A DNA stretch of 64,000 nucleotides from Auanema rhodensis (Eukaryota; Animalia; Nematoda). Shown here one piece after another: positions 9,701 to 25,070 of the stretch. The notes beneath the pieces were generated by a model. It did no database searches. It saw only the letters and a program-made list of their open reading frames with translations, and was not told the DNA's origin. Location of the stretch: contig OZ059898.1 in the NCBI GenBank assembly GCA_964057225.1, forward strand, positions 19,592,001-19,656,000, written 5' to 3'. Both the position numbers and the translations under genes were made by a program. The first letter of the stretch is position 1, and each line of letters begins with the position of its first letter.

Positions 9701-12700
9701 ATTTGCGCTAGCTTAAAAATGCACCGAGATATCAACTGATATAAGTTCACACTTATATCCTCGATTTTCACCCTGAAGAATTAATTTTTTTGTTGAATAA
9801 CATTGTCCATCGTTTTTGCCTTGAAAAAAGGAATCTAAAAACATCTACTTTTTGCTAAATTATTTTGAAATTTTTTGAAAAAATTTTTGTCAAAATGTTT
9901 TTGGAAGCAATGTTGAGTGTACATGGAAACTCAACATACACTAATGCATCATTTTTCAAACGATCATAACTAATTTTTGTATAAAGCGTTTCTCAAAGTA
10001 GTATAGTGCATTCGATGCGGATTTTTAAGCTGCGTCGATCTGTGTTATCAGATTTGCGCTAGCTTAAAAATGCACCGAGATATCAACTGATATAAGTTTA
10101 CACTTATATCCTCGATTTTCACCCTGAAGAACTAATTTTTTCGTTGAAAAACATTGTCCATCGTGTTTGCCTTGAAAAAAGGAATCTAAAAACATCTACT
10201 TTTTGCTAAATTATTTCGAAATTTTTCGAAAAAATTTTTGTCAAAATGTTTTGGAAGCAATGTTGAGTGTACATGGAAACTCAACATACACTAATGCATC
10301 ATTTTTCAAACAATCATAACTAATTTTTGTATTAAGCGTTTCTCAATGTAGTATAGTGCATTCGATGCGGATTTTTAAGCTGCGTCGATCTGTGTTATCA
10401 GATTTGCGCTAGCTTAAAAATGCACCGAGATATCAACTGATATAAGTTCACACTTATATCCTCGATTTTCACCCTGAAGAATTAATTTTTTTGTTGAATA
10501 ACATTGTCCATCGTTTTTGCTTTGAAAGAAGGAATCTAAAAACATCTACTTTTTGCTAAATTATTTTGAAATTTTTTGAAAAAATTTTTGTCAAAATGTT
10601 TTTGGAAGCAATGTTGAGTGTACATGGAAACTCAACATACACTAATGCATCATTTTTCAAACGATCATAACTAATTTTTTTATTAAGCGTTTCTCAAAGT
10701 AGTATAGTGCATTCGATGCGGATTTTTAAGCTGCGTCGATCTGTGTTATCAGATTTGCGCTAGCTTAAAAATGCACCGAGATATCAACTGATATAAGTTT
10801 ACACTTATATCCTCGATTTTCACCCTGAAGAACTAATTTTTTCGTTGAAAAACATTGTCCATCGTGTTTGCCTTGAAAAAAGGAATCTAAAAACATCTAC
10901 TTTTTGCTAAATTATTTCGAAATTTTTCGAAAAAATTTTTGTCAAAATGTTTTTGGAAGCAATGTTGAGTGTACATGGAAACTCAACATACACTAATGCA
11001 TCATTTTTCAAACGATCATAACTAATTTTTGTATTAAGCGTTTTTCAAAGTAGTATAGTGCATTCGATGCGGATTTTTAAGCTGCGTCGATCTGTGTTAT
11101 CAGATTTGCGCTAGCTTAAAAATGCACCGAGACATCAACTGATATAAGTTCACACTTATATCCTCGATTTTCACCCTGAAGAATTAATTTTTTTGTTGAA
11201 TAACATTGTCCATCGTCTTTGCCTTGAAAAAAAGAATCTAAAAACATCTACTTTTTGCTAAATTATTTTGAAATTTTTTGAAAAAATTTTTGTCAAAATG
11301 TTTTTGGAAGCAATGTTGAGTGTACATGGAAACTCAACATACACTAATGCATCATTTTTCAAACGATCATAACTAATTTTTGTATTAAGCGTTTCTCAAA
11401 GTAGTATAGTGCATTCGATGCGGATTTTTAAGCTGCGTCGATCTGTGTTATCAGATTTGCGCTAGCTTAAAAATGCACCGAGATATCAACTGATATAAGT
11501 TCACACTTATATCCTCGATTTTCACCCTGAAGAATTAATTTTTTTGTTGAATAACATTGTCCATCGTTTTTGCCTTGAAAAAAGGAATCTAAAAACATCT
11601 ACTTTTTGCTAAATTATTTTGAAATTTTTTGAAAAAATTTTTGTCAAAATGTTTTTGGAAGCAATGTTGAGTGTACATGGAAACTCAACATACACTAATG
11701 CATCATTTTTCAAACGATCATAACTAATTTTTGTATTAAGCGTTTCTCAAAGTAGTATAGTGCATTCGATGCGGATTTTTAAGCTGCGTCGATCTGTGTT
11801 ATCAGATTTGCGCTAGCTTAAAAATGCACCGAGATATCAACTGATATAAGTTTACACTTATATCCTCGATTTTCACCCTGAAGAATTAATTTTTTTGTTG
11901 AATAACATTGTCCATCGTGTTTGCCTTGAAAAAAGGAATCTAAAAACATCTACTTTTTGCTAAATCATTTTAAAATTTTTTGAAAAAATTTTTGTCAAAA
12001 TGTTTTTGGAAGCAATGTTGAGTGTACATGGAAACTCAACATACACTAATGCATCATTTTTCAAACGATCATAACTAATTTTTGTATTAAGCGTTTCTCA
12101 AAGTAGTATAGTGCATTCGATGCGGATTTTTAAGCTGCGTCGATCTGTGTTATCAGATTTGCGCTAGCTTAAAAATGCACCGAGATATCAACTGATATAA
12201 GTTTACACTTATATCCTCGATTTTCACCCTGAAGAATTAATTTTTTTGTTGAATAACATTGTCCATCGTGTTTGCCTTGAAAAAAGGAATCTAAAAACAT
12301 CTACTTTTTGCTAAATCATTTTAAAATTTTTTGAAAAAATTTTTGTCAAAATATTTTTGGAAGCAATGTTGAGTGTACATGGAAACTCAACATACACTAA
12401 TGCATCATTTTTCAAACGATCATAACTAATTTTTGTATTAAGCGTTTCTCAAAGTAGTATAGTGCATTCGATGCGGATTTTTAAGCTGCGTCGATCTGTG
12501 TTATCAGATTTGCGCTAGCTTAAAAATGCACCGAGATATCAACTGATATAAGTTCACACTTATATCCTCGATTTTCACCCTGAAGAATTAATTTTTTTGT
12601 TGAATAACATTGTCCATCGTTTTTGCCTTGAAAAAAGGAATCTAAAAACATCTACTTTTTGCTAAATCATTTTAAAATTTTTTGAAAAAATTTTTGTCAA

Positions 12701-15619
12701 AATGTTTTTGGAAGCAATGTTGAGTGTACATGGAAACTCAACATACACTAATGCATCATTTTTCAAACGATCATAACTAATTTTTGTATTAAGCGTTTCT
12801 CAAAGTAGTATAGTGCATTCGATGCGGATTTTTAAGCTGCGTCGATCTGTGTTATCAGATTTGCGCTAGCTTAAAAATGCACCGAGATATCAACTGATAT
12901 AAGTTTACACTTATATCCTCGATTTTCACCCTGAAGAATTAATTTTTTTGTTGAATAACATTGTCCATCGTGTTTGCCTTGAAAAAAGGAATCTAAAAAC
13001 ATCTACTTTTTGCTAAATCATTTTAAAATTTTTTGAAAAAATTTTTGTCAAAATATTTTTGGAAGCAATGTTGAGTGTACATGGAAACTCAACATACACT
13101 AATGCATCATTTTTCAAACGATCATAACTAATTTTTGTATTAAGCGTTTCTCAAAGTAGTATAGTGCATTCGATGCGGATTTTTAAGCTGCGTCGATCTG
13201 TGTTATCAGATTTGCGCTAGCTTAAAAATGCACCGAGATATCAACTGATATAAGTTCACACTTATATCCTCGATTTTCACCCTGAAGAATTAATTTTTTT
13301 GTTGAATAACATTGTCCATCGTTTTTGCCTTGAAAAAAGGAATCTAAAAACATCTACTTTTTGCTAAATCATTTTAAAATTTTTTGAAAAAATTTTTGTC
13401 AAAATGTTTTTGGAAGCAATGTTGAGTGTACATGGAAACTCAACATACACTAATGCATCATTTTTCAAACGATCATAACTAATTTTTGTATTAAGCGTTT
13501 CTCAAAGTAGTATAGTGCATTCGATGCGGATTTTTAAGCTGCGTCGATCTGTGTTATCAGATTTGCGCTAGCTTAAAAATGCACCGAGATATCAACTGAT
13601 ATAAGTTTACACTTATATCCTCGATTTTCACCCTGAAGAATTAATTTTTTTGTTGAATAACATTGTCCATCGTGTTTGCCTTGAAAAAAGGAATCTAAAA
13701 ACATCTACTTTTTGCTAAATCATTTTAAAATTTTTTGAAAAAATTTTTGTCAAAATGTTTTTGGAAGCAATGTTGAGTGTACATGGAAACTCAACATACA
13801 CTAATGCATCATTTTTCAAACGATCATAACTAATTTTTGTATTAAGCGTTTCTCAAAGTAGTATAGTGCATTCGATGCGGATTTTTAAGCTGCGTCGATC
13901 TGTGTTATCAGATTTGCGCTAGCTTAAAAATGCACCGAGATATCAACTGATATAAGTTCACACTTATATCCTCGATTTTCACCCTGAAGAATTAATTTTT
14001 TTGTTGAATAACATTGTCCATCGTTTCTGCCTTGAAAAAAGGAATCTAAAAACATCTACTTTTTGCTAAATCATTTTAAAATTTTTTGAAAAAATTTTTG
14101 TCAAAATGTTTTTGGAAGCAATGTTGAGTGTACATGGAAACTCAACATACACTAATGAATCATTTTTCAAACGATCATAACTAATTTTTGTATTAAGCGT
14201 TTCTCAAAGTAGTATAGTGCATTCGATGCGGATTTTTAAGCTGCGTCGATCTGTGTTATCAGATTTGCGCTAGCTTAAAAATGCACCGAGATATCAACTG
14301 ATATAAGTTCACACTTATATCCTCGATTTTCACCCTGAAGAATTAATTTTTTTGTTGAATAACATTGTCCATCGTCTTTGCCTTGAAAAAAAGAATCTAA
14401 AAACATCTACTTTTTGCTAAATTATTTTGAAATTTTTTGAAAAAATTTTTGTCAAAATGTTTTTGGAAGCAATGTTGAGTGTACATGGAAACTCAACATA
14501 CACTAATGCATCATTTTTCAAACGATCATAACTAATTTTTGTATTAAGCGTTTCTCAAAGTAGTATAGTGCATTCGATGCGGATTTTTAAGCTGCGTCGA
14601 TCTGTGTTATCAGATTTGCGCTAGCTTAAAAATGCACCGAGATATCAACTGATATAAGTTTACACTTATATCCTCGATTTTCACCCTGAAGAATTAATTT
14701 TTTTGTTGAATAACATTGTCCATCGTTTTTGCCTTGAAAAAAGGAATCTAAAAACATCTACTTTTTGCTAAATTATTTTGAAATTTTTTGAAAAAATTTT
14801 TGTCAAAATGTTTTTGGAAGCAATGTTGAGTGTACATGGAAACTCAACATACACTAATGCATCATTTTTCAAACGATCATAACTAATTTTTGTATTAAGC
14901 GTTTCTCAAAGTAGTATAGTGCATTCGATGCGGATTTTTAAGCTGCGTCGATCTGTGTTATCAGATTTGCGCTAGCTTAAAAATGCACCGAGATATCAAC
15001 TGATATAAGTTTACACTTATATCCTCGATTTTCACCCTGAAGAATTAATTTTTTTGTTGAATAACATTGTCCATCGTGTTTGCCTTGAAAAAAGGAATCT
15101 AAAAACATCTACTTTTTGCTAAATCATTTTAAAATTTTTTGAAAAAATTTTTGTCAAAATGTTTTTGGAAGCAATGTTGAGTGTACATGGAAACTCAACA
15201 TACACTAATGCATCATTTTTCAAACGATCATAACTAATTTTTGTATTAAGCGTTTCTCAAAGTAGTATAGTGCATTCGATGCGGATTTTTAAGCTGCGTC
15301 GATCTGTGTTATCAGATTTGCGCTAGCTTAAAAATGCACCGAGATATCAACTGATATAAGTTCACACTTATATCCTCGATTTTCACCCTGAAGAATTAAT
15401 TTTTTTGTTGAATAACATTGTCCATCGTCTTTGCCTTGAAAAAAAGAATCTAAAAACATCTACTTTTTGCTAAATTATTTTGAAATTTTTTGAAAAAATT
15501 TTTGTCAAAATGTTTTTGGAAGCAATGTTGAGTGTACATGGAAACTCAACATACACTAATGCATCATTTTTCAAACGATCATAACTAATTTTTGTATTAA
15601 GCGTTTCTCAAAGTAGTAT

Positions 15620-18600
15620 AGTGCATTCGATGCGGATTTTTAAGCTGCGTCGATCTGTGTTATCAGATTTGCGCTAGCTTAAAAATGCACCGAGATATCA
15701 ACTGATATAAGTTTACACTTATATCCTCGATTTTCACCCTGAAGAATTAATTTTTTTGTTGAATAACATTGTCCATCGTTTTTGCCTTGAAAAAAGGAAT
15801 CTAAAAACATCTACTTTTTGCTAAATCATTTTAAAATTTTTTGAAAAAATTTTTGTCAAAATGTTTTTGGAAGCAATGTTGAGTGTACATGGAAACTCAA
15901 CATACACTAATGCATCATTTTTCAAACGATCATAACTAATTTTTGTATTAAGCGTTTCTCAAAATAGTATAGTGCATTCGATGCGGATTTTTAAGCTGCG
16001 TCGATCTGTGTTATCAGATTTGCGCTAGCTTAAAAATGCACCGAGATATCAACTGATATAAGTTCACACTTATATCCTCGATTTTCACCCTGAAGAATTA
16101 ATTTTTTTGTTGAATAACATTGTCCATCGTTTTTGCCTTGAAAAAAGGAATCTAAAAACATCTACTTTTTGCTAAATTATTTTGAAATTTTTTGAAAAAA
16201 TTTTTGTCAAAATGTTTTTGGAAGCAATGTTGAGTGTACATGGAAACTCAACATACACTAATGCATCATTTTTCAAACGATCATAACTAATTTTTGTATT
16301 AAGCGTTTCTCAAAGTAGTATAGTGCATTCGATGCGGATTTTTAAGCTGCGTCGATCTGTGTTATCAGATTTGCGCTAGCTTAAAAATGCACCGAGATAT
16401 CAACTGATATAAGTTTACACTTATATCCTCGATTTTCACCCTGAAGAATTAATTTTTTTGTTGAATAACATTGTCCATCGTGTTTGCCTTGAAAAAAGGA
16501 ATCTAAAAACATCTACTTTTTGCTAAATCATTTTAAAATTTTTTGAAAAAATTTTTGTCAAAATGTTTTTGGAAGCAATGTTGAGTGTACATGGAAACTC
16601 AACATACACTAATGCATCATTTTTCAAACGATCATAACTAATTTTTTTATTAAGCGTTTCTCAAAGTAGTATAGTGCATTCGATGCGGATTTTTAAGCTG
16701 CGTCGATCTGTGTTATCAGATTTGCGCTAGCTTGAAAATGCACCGAGATATCAACTGATATAAGTTCACACTTATATCCTCGATTTTCACCCTGAAGAAT
16801 TAATTTTTTTGTTGAATAACATTGTCCATCGTTTTTGCCTTGAAAAAAGGAATCTAAAAACATCTACTTTTTGCTAAATTATTTTGAAATTTTTTGAAAA
16901 AATTTTTGTCAAAATGTTTTTGGAAGCAATGTTGAGTGTACATGGAAACTCAACATACACTAATGCATCATTTTTCAAACGATCATAACTAATTTTTGTA
17001 TAAAGCGTTTTTCAATGTAGTATAGTGCATTCGATGCGGATTTTTAAGCTGCGTCGATCTGTGTTATCAGATTTGCGCTAGCTTAAAAATGCACCGAGAT
17101 ATCAACTGATATAAGTTTACACTTATATCCTCGATTTTCACCCTGAAGAACTAATTTTTTCGTTGAAAAACATTGTCCATCGTGTTTGCCTTGAAAAAAG
17201 GAATCTAAAAACATCTACTTTTTGCTAAATCATTTTAAAATTTTTCGAAAAAATTTTTGTCAAAATGTTTTGGAAGCAATGTTGAGTGTACATGGAAACT
17301 CAACATACACTAATGCATCATTTTTCAAACGATCATAACTAATTTTTGTATTAAGCGTTTCTCAAAGTAGTATAGTGCATTCGATGCGGATTTTTAAGCT
17401 GCGTCGATCTGTGTTATCAGATTTGCGCTAGCTTAAAAATGCACCGAGATATCAACTGATATAAGTTCACACTTATATCCTCGATTTTCACCCTGAAGAA
17501 TTAATTTTTTTGTTGAATAACATTGTCCATCGTTTTTGCCTTGAAAAAAGGAATCTAAAAACATCTACTTTTTGCTAAATTATTTTGAAATTTTTTGAAA
17601 AAATTTTTGTCAAAATGTTTTTGGAAGCAATGTTGAGTGTACATGGAAACTCAACATACACTAATGCATCATTTTTCAAACGATCATAACTAATTTTTGT
17701 ATAAAGCGTTTTTCAATGTAGTATAGTGCATTCGATGCGGATTTTTAAGCTGCGTCGATCTGTGTTATCAGATTTGCGCTAGCTTAAAAATGCACCGAGA
17801 TATCAACTGATATAAGTTTACACTTATATCCTCGATTTTCACCCTGAAGAATTAATTTTTTTGTTGAATAACATTGTCCATCGTTTTTGCCTTGAAAAAA
17901 GGAATCTAAAAACATCTACTTTTTGCTAAATTATTCTGAAATTTTTTGAAAAAATTTTTGTCAAAATGTTTTTGGAAGCAATGTTGAGTGTACATGGAAA
18001 CTCAACATACACTAATGCATCATTTTTCAAACGATCATAACTAATTTTTGTATTAAGCGTTTTTCAAAGTAGTATAGTGCATTCGATGCGGATTTTTAAG
18101 CTGCGTCGATCTGTGTTATCAGATTTGCGCTAGCTTAAAAATGCACCGAGATATCAACTGATATAAGTTCACACTTATATCCTCGATTTTCACCCTGAAG
18201 AATTAATTTTTTTGTTGAATAACATTGTCCATCGTGTTTGCCTTGAAAAAAGGAATCTAAAAACATCTACTTTTTGCTAAATCATTTTAAAATTTTTCGA
18301 AAAAATTTTTGTCAAAATGTTTTGGAAGCAATGTTGAGTGTACATGGAAACTCAACATACACTAATGCATCATTTTTCAAACAATCATAACTAATTTTTG
18401 TATTAAGCGTTTCTCAATGTAGTATAGTGCATTCGATGCGGATTTTTAAGCTGCGTCGATCTGTGTTATCAGATTTGCGCTAGCTTAAAAATGCACCGAG
18501 ATATCAACTGATATAAGTTTACACTTATATCCTCGATTTTCACCCTGAAGAATTAATTTTTTTGTTGAATAACATTGTCCATCGTTTTTGCCTTGAAAAA

Positions 18601-21320
18601 AGGAATCTAAAAACATCTACTTTTTGCTAAATCATTTTAAAATTTTTTGAAAAAATTTTTGTCAAAATGTTTTTGGAAGCAATGTTGAGTGTACATGGAA
18701 ACTCAACATACACTAATGCATCATTTTTCAAACGATCATAACTAATTTTTGTATTAAGCGTTTCTCAAAATAGTATAGTGCATTCGATGCGGATTTTTAA
18801 GCTGCGTCGATCTGTGTTATCAGATTTGCGCTAGCTTAAAAATGCACCGAGATATCAACTGATATAAGTTCACACTTATATCCTCGATTTTCACCCTGAA
18901 GAATTAATTTTTTTGTTGAATAACATTGTCCATCGTTTTTGCCTTGAAAAAAGGAATCTAAAAACATCTACTTTTTGCTAAATTATTTTGAAATTTTTTG
19001 AAAAAATTTTTGTCAAAATGTTTTTGGAAGCAATGTTGAGTGTACATGGAAACTCAACATACACTAATGCATCATTTTTCAAACGATCATAACTAATTTT
19101 TGTATTAAGCGTTTCTCAAAGTAGTATAGTGCATTCGATGCGGATTTTTAAGCTGCGTCGATCTGTGTTATCAGATTTGCGCTAGCTTAAAAATGCACCG
19201 AGATATCAACTGATATAAGTTTACACTTATATCCTCGATTTTCACCCTGAAGAATTAATTTTTTTGTTGAATAACATTGTCCATCGTGTTTGCCTTGAAA
19301 AAAGGAATCTAAAAACATCTACTTTTTGCTAAATCATTTTAAAATTTTTTGAAAAAATTTTTGTCAAAATGTTTTTGGAAGCAATGTTGAGTGTACATGG
19401 AAACTCAACATACACTAATGCATCATTTTTCAAACGATCATAACTAATTTTTTTATTAAGCGTTTCTCAAAGTAGTATAGTGCATTCGATGCGGATTTTT
19501 AAGCTGCGTCGATCTGTGTTATCAGATTTGCGCTAGCTTAAAAATGCACCGAGATATCAACTGATATAAGTTCACACTTATATCCTCGATTTTCACCCTG
19601 AAGAATTAATTTTTTTGTTGAATAACATTGTCCATCGTTTTTGCCTTGAAAAAAGGAATCTAAAAACATCTACTTTTTGCTAAATTATTTTGAAATTTTT
19701 TGAAAAAATTTTTGTCAAAATGTTTTTGGAAGCAATGTTGAGTGTACATGGAAACTCAACATACACTAATGCATCATTTTTCAAACGATCATAACTAATT
19801 TTTGTATAAAGCGTTTTTCAATGTAGTATAGTGCATTCGATGCGGATTTTTAAGCTGCGTCGATCTGTGTTATCAGATTTGCGCTAGCTTAAAAATGCAC
19901 CGAGATATCAACTGATATAAGTTTACACTTATATCCTCGATTTTCACCCTGAAGAACTAATTTTTTCGTTGAAAAACATTGTCCATCGTGTTTGCCTTGA
20001 AAAAAGGAATCTAAAAACATCTACTTTTTGCTAAATCATTTTAAAATTTTTCGAAAAAATTTTTGTCAAAATGTTTTGGAAGCAATGTTGAGTGTACATG
20101 GAAACTCAACATACACTAATGCATCATTTTTCAAACGATCATAACTAATTTTTGTATTAAGCGTTTCTCAAAGTAGTATAGTGCATTCGATGCGGATTTT
20201 TAAGCTGCGTCGATCTGTGTTATCAGATTTGCGCTAGCTTAAAAATGCACCGAGATATCAACTGATATAAGTTCACACTTATATCCTCGATTTTCACCCT
20301 GAAGAATTAATTTTTTTGTTGAATAACATTGTCCATCGTTTTTGCCTTGAAAAAAGGAATCTAAAAACATCTACTTTTTGCTAAATTATTTTGAAATTTT
20401 TTGAAAAAATTTTTGTCAAAATGTTTTTGGAAGCAATGTTGAGTGTACATGGAAACTCAACATACACTAATGCATCATTTTTCAAACGATCATAACTAAT
20501 TTTTGTATAAAGCGTTTTTCAATGTAGTATAGTGCATTCGATGCGGATTTTTAAGCTGCGTCGATCTGTGTTATCAGATTTGCGCTAGCTTAAAAATGCA
20601 CCGAGATATCAACTGATATAAGTTTACACTTATATCCTCGATTTTCACCCTGAAGAATTAATTTTTTTGTTGAATAACATTGTCCATCGTTTTTGCCTTG
20701 AAAAAAGGAATCTAAAAACATCTACTTTTTGCTAAATTATTCTGAAATTTTTTGAAAAAATTTTTGTCAAAATGTTTTTGGAAGCAATGTTGAGTGTACA
20801 TGGAAACTCAACATACACTAATGCATCATTTTTCAAACGATCATAACTAATTTTTGTATTAAGCGTTTTTCAAAGTAGTATAGTGCATTCGATGCGGATT
20901 TTTAAGCTGCGTCGATCTGTGTTATCAGATTTGCGCTAGCTTAAAAATGCACCGAGATATCAACTGATATAAGTTCACACTTATATCCTCGATTTTCACC
21001 CTGAAGAATTAATTTTTTTGTTGAATAACATTGTCCATCGTGTTTGCCTTGAAAAAAGGAATCTAAAAACATCTACTTTTTGCTAAATCATTTTAAAATT
21101 TTTCGAAAAAATTTTTGTCAAAATGTTTTGGAAGCAATGTTGAGTGTACATGGAAACTCAACATACACTAATGCATCATTTTTCAAACAATCATAACTAA
21201 TTTTTGTATTAAGCGTTTCTCAATGTAGTATAGTGCATTCGATGCGGATTTTTAAGCTGCGTCGATCTGTGTTATCAGATTTGCGCTAGCTTAAAAATGC
21301 ACCGAGATATCAACTGATAT
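15620..21320. repeat. Tandem 8-monomer duplication (2806 bp period)
   Basis: ctcaaaatag A15964/A18770 and ttattctgaa C17936/C20742 are both offset by 2806. Confidence 0.88.
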
Positions 21321-24300
21321 AAGTTCACACTTATATCCTCGATTTTCACCCTGAAAAATTAATTTTTTTGTTGAATAACATTGTCCATCGTTTTTGCCTT
21401 GAAAAAAGGAATCTAAAAACATCTACTTTTTGCTAAATTATTTTGAAATTTTTTGAAAAAATTTTTGTCAAAATGTTTTTGGAAGCAATGTTGAGTGTAC
21501 ATGGAAACTCAACATACACTAATGCATCATTTTTCAAACGATCATAACTAATTTTTGTATAAAGCGTTTTTCAATGTAGTATAGTGCATTCGATGCGGAT
21601 TTTTAAGCTGCGTCGATCTGTGTTATCAGATTTGCGCTAGCTTAAAAATGCACCGAGATATCAACTGATATAAGTTTACACTTATATCCTCGATTTTCAC
21701 CCTGAAGAACTAATTTTTTCGTTGAAAAACATTGTCCATCGTGTTTGCCTTGAAAAAAGGAATCTAAAAACATCTACTTTTTGCTAAATCATTTTAAAAT
21801 TTTTCGAAAAAATTTTTGTCAAAATGTTTTGGAAGCAATGTTGAGTGTACATGGAAACTCAACATACACTAATGCATCATTTTTCAAACAATCATAACTA
21901 ATTTTTGTATTAAGCGTTTCTCAATGTAGTATAGTGCATTCGATGCGGATTTTTAAGCTGCGTCGATCTGTGTTATCAGATTTGCGCTAGCTTAAAAATG
22001 CACCGAGATATCAACTGATATAAGTTCACACTTATATCCTCGATTTTCACCCTGAAGAATTAATTTTTTTGTTGAATAACATTGTCCATCGTTTTTGCCT
22101 TGAAAAAAGGAATCTAAAAACATCTACTTTTTGCTAAATTATTTTGAAATTTTTTGAAAAAATTTTTGTCAAAATGTTTTTGGAAGCAATGTTGAGTGTA
22201 CATGGAAACTCAACATACACTAATGCATCATTTTTCAAACGATCATAACTAATTTTTTTATTAAGCGTTTCTCAAAGTAGTATAGTGCATTCGATGCGGA
22301 TTTTTAAGCTGCGTCGATCTGTGTTATCAGATTTGCGCTAGCTTAAAAATGCACCGAGATATCAACTGATATAAGTTTACACTTATATCCTCGATTTTCA
22401 CCCTGAAGAACTAATTTTTTCGTTGAAAAACATTGTCCATCGTGTTTGCCTTGAAAAAAGGAATCTAAAAACATCTACTTTTTGCTAAATTATTTCGAAA
22501 TTTTTCGAAAAAATTTTTGTCAAAATGTTTTTGGAAGCAATGTTGAGTGTACATGGAAACTCAACATACACTAATGCATCATTTTTCAAACGATCATAAC
22601 TAATTTTTGTATTAAGCGTTTCTCAAAGTAGTATAGTGCATTCGATGCGGATTTTTAAGCTGCGTCGATCTGTGGTATCAGATTTGCGCTAGCTTAAAAA
22701 TGCACCGAGATATCAACTGATATAAGTTCACACTTATATCCTCGATTTTCACCCTGAAGAATTAATTTTTTTGTTGAATAACATTGTCCATCGTCTTTGC
22801 CTTGAAAAAAAGAATCTAAAAACATCTACTTTTTGCTAAATTATTTTGAAATTTTTTGAAAAAATTTTTGTCAAAATGTTTTTGGAAGCAATGTTGAGTG
22901 TACATGGAAACTCAACATACACTAATGCATCATTTTTCAAACGATCATAACTAATTTTTGTATTAAGCGTTTTTCAAAGTAGTATAGTGCATTCGATGCG
23001 GATTTTTAAGCTGCGTCGATCTGTGTTATCAGATTTGCGCTAGCTTAAAAATGCACCGAGATATCAACTGATATAAGTTCACACTTATATCCTCGATTTT
23101 CACCCTGAAGAATTAATTTTTTTGTTGAATAACATTGTCCATCGTGTTTGCCTTGAAAAAAGGAATCTAAAAACATCTACTTTTTGCTAAATCATTTTAA
23201 AATTTTTCGAAAAAATTTTTGTCAAAATGTTTTGGAAGCAATGTTGAGTGTACATGGAAACTCAACATACACTAATGCATCATTTTTCAAACAATCATAA
23301 CTAATTTTTGTATTAAGCGTTTCTCAATGTAGTATAGTGCATTCGATGCGGATTTTTAAGCTGCGTCGATCTGTGTTATCAGATTTGCGCTAGCTTAAAA
23401 ATGCACCGAGATATCAACTGATATAAGTTCACACTTATATCCTCGATTTTCACCCTGAAAAATTAATTTTTTTGTTGAATAACATTGTCCATCGTTTTTG
23501 CCTTGAAAAAAGGAATCTAAAAACATCTACTTTTTGCTAAATTATTTTGAAATTTTTTGAAAAAATTTTTGTCAAAATGTTTTTGGAAGCAATGTTGAGT
23601 GTACATGGAAACTCAACATACACTAATGCATCATTTTTCAAACGATCATAACTAATTTTTGTATAAAGCGTTTTTCAATGTAGTATAGTGCATTCGATGC
23701 GGATTTTTAAGCTGCGTCGATCTGTGTTATCAGATTTGCGCTAGCTTAAAAATGCACCGAGATATCAACTGATATAAGTTTACACTTATATCCTCGATTT
23801 TCACCCTGAAGAACTAATTTTTTCGTTGAAAAACATTGTCCATCGTGTTTGCCTTGAAAAAAGGAATCTAAAAACATCTACTTTTTGCTAAATCATTTTA
23901 AAATTTTTCGAAAAAATTTTTGTCAAAATGTTTTGGAAGCAATGTTGAGTGTACATGGAAACTCAACATACACTAATGCATCATTTTTCAAACAATCATA
24001 ACTAATTTTTGTATTAAGCGTTTCTCAATGTAGTATAGTGCATTCGATGCGGATTTTTAAGCTGCGTCGATCTGTGTTATCAGATTTGCGCTAGCTTAAA
24101 AATGCACCGAGATATCAACTGATATAAGTTCACACTTATATCCTCGATTTTCACCCTGAAGAATTAATTTTTTTGTTGAATAACATTGTCCATCGTTTTT
24201 GCCTTGAAAAAAGGAATCTAAAAACATCTACTTTTTGCTAAATTATTTTGAAATTTTTTGAAAAAATTTTTGTCAAAATGTTTTTGGAAGCAATGTTGAG

Positions 24301-25070
24301 TGTACATGGAAACTCAACATACACTAATGCATCATTTTTCAAACGATCATAACTAATTTTTTTATTAAGCGTTTCTCAAAGTAGTATAGTGCATTCGATG
24401 CGGATTTTTAAGCTGCGTCGATCTGTGTTATCAGATTTGCGCTAGCTTAAAAATGCACCGAGATATCAACTGATATAAGTTTACACTTATATCCTCGATT
24501 TTCACCCTGAAGAACTAATTTTTTCGTTGAAAAACATTGTCCATCGTGTTTGCCTTGAAAAAAGGAATCTAAAAACATCTACTTTTTGCTAAATTATTTC
24601 GAAATTTTTCGAAAAAATTTTTGTCAAAATGTTTTTGGAAGCAATGTTGAGTGTACATGGAAACTCAACATACACTAATGCATCATTTTTCAAACGATCA
24701 TAACTAATTTTTGTATTAAGCGTTTCTCAAAGTAGTATAGTGCATTCGATGCGGATTTTTAAGCTGCGTCGATCTGTGGTATCAGATTTGCGCTAGCTTA
24801 AAAATGCACCGAGATATCAACTGATATAAGTTCACACTTATATCCTCGATTTTCACCCTGAAGAATTAATTTTTTTGTTGAATAACATTGTCCATCGTCT
24901 TTGCCTTGAAAAAAAGAATCTAAAAACATCTACTTTTTGCTAAATTATTTTGAAATTTTTTGAAAAAATTTTTGTCAAAATGTTTTTGGAAGCAATGTTG
25001 AGTGTACATGGAAACTCAACATACACTAATGCATCATTTTTCAAACGATCATAACTAATTTTTGTATTAA
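20750..25070. repeat. Tandem 6-monomer duplication (2104 bp period)
   Basis: ctgaaaaatt A21356/A23460 and ctgtggtatc G22675/G24779 are both offset by 2104. Confidence 0.88.

Larger units (their letters stand above)
1..10440. repeat. Block duplication with 6663 bp (19-monomer) offset: 1-~3780 matches 6664-~10440
   Basis: Rare SNPs repeat at the same offset: ttgtcgaa C1377/C8040 and gatctttg T2677/T9340. The order of common haplotypes also matches until 3786/10449. Confidence 0.85.
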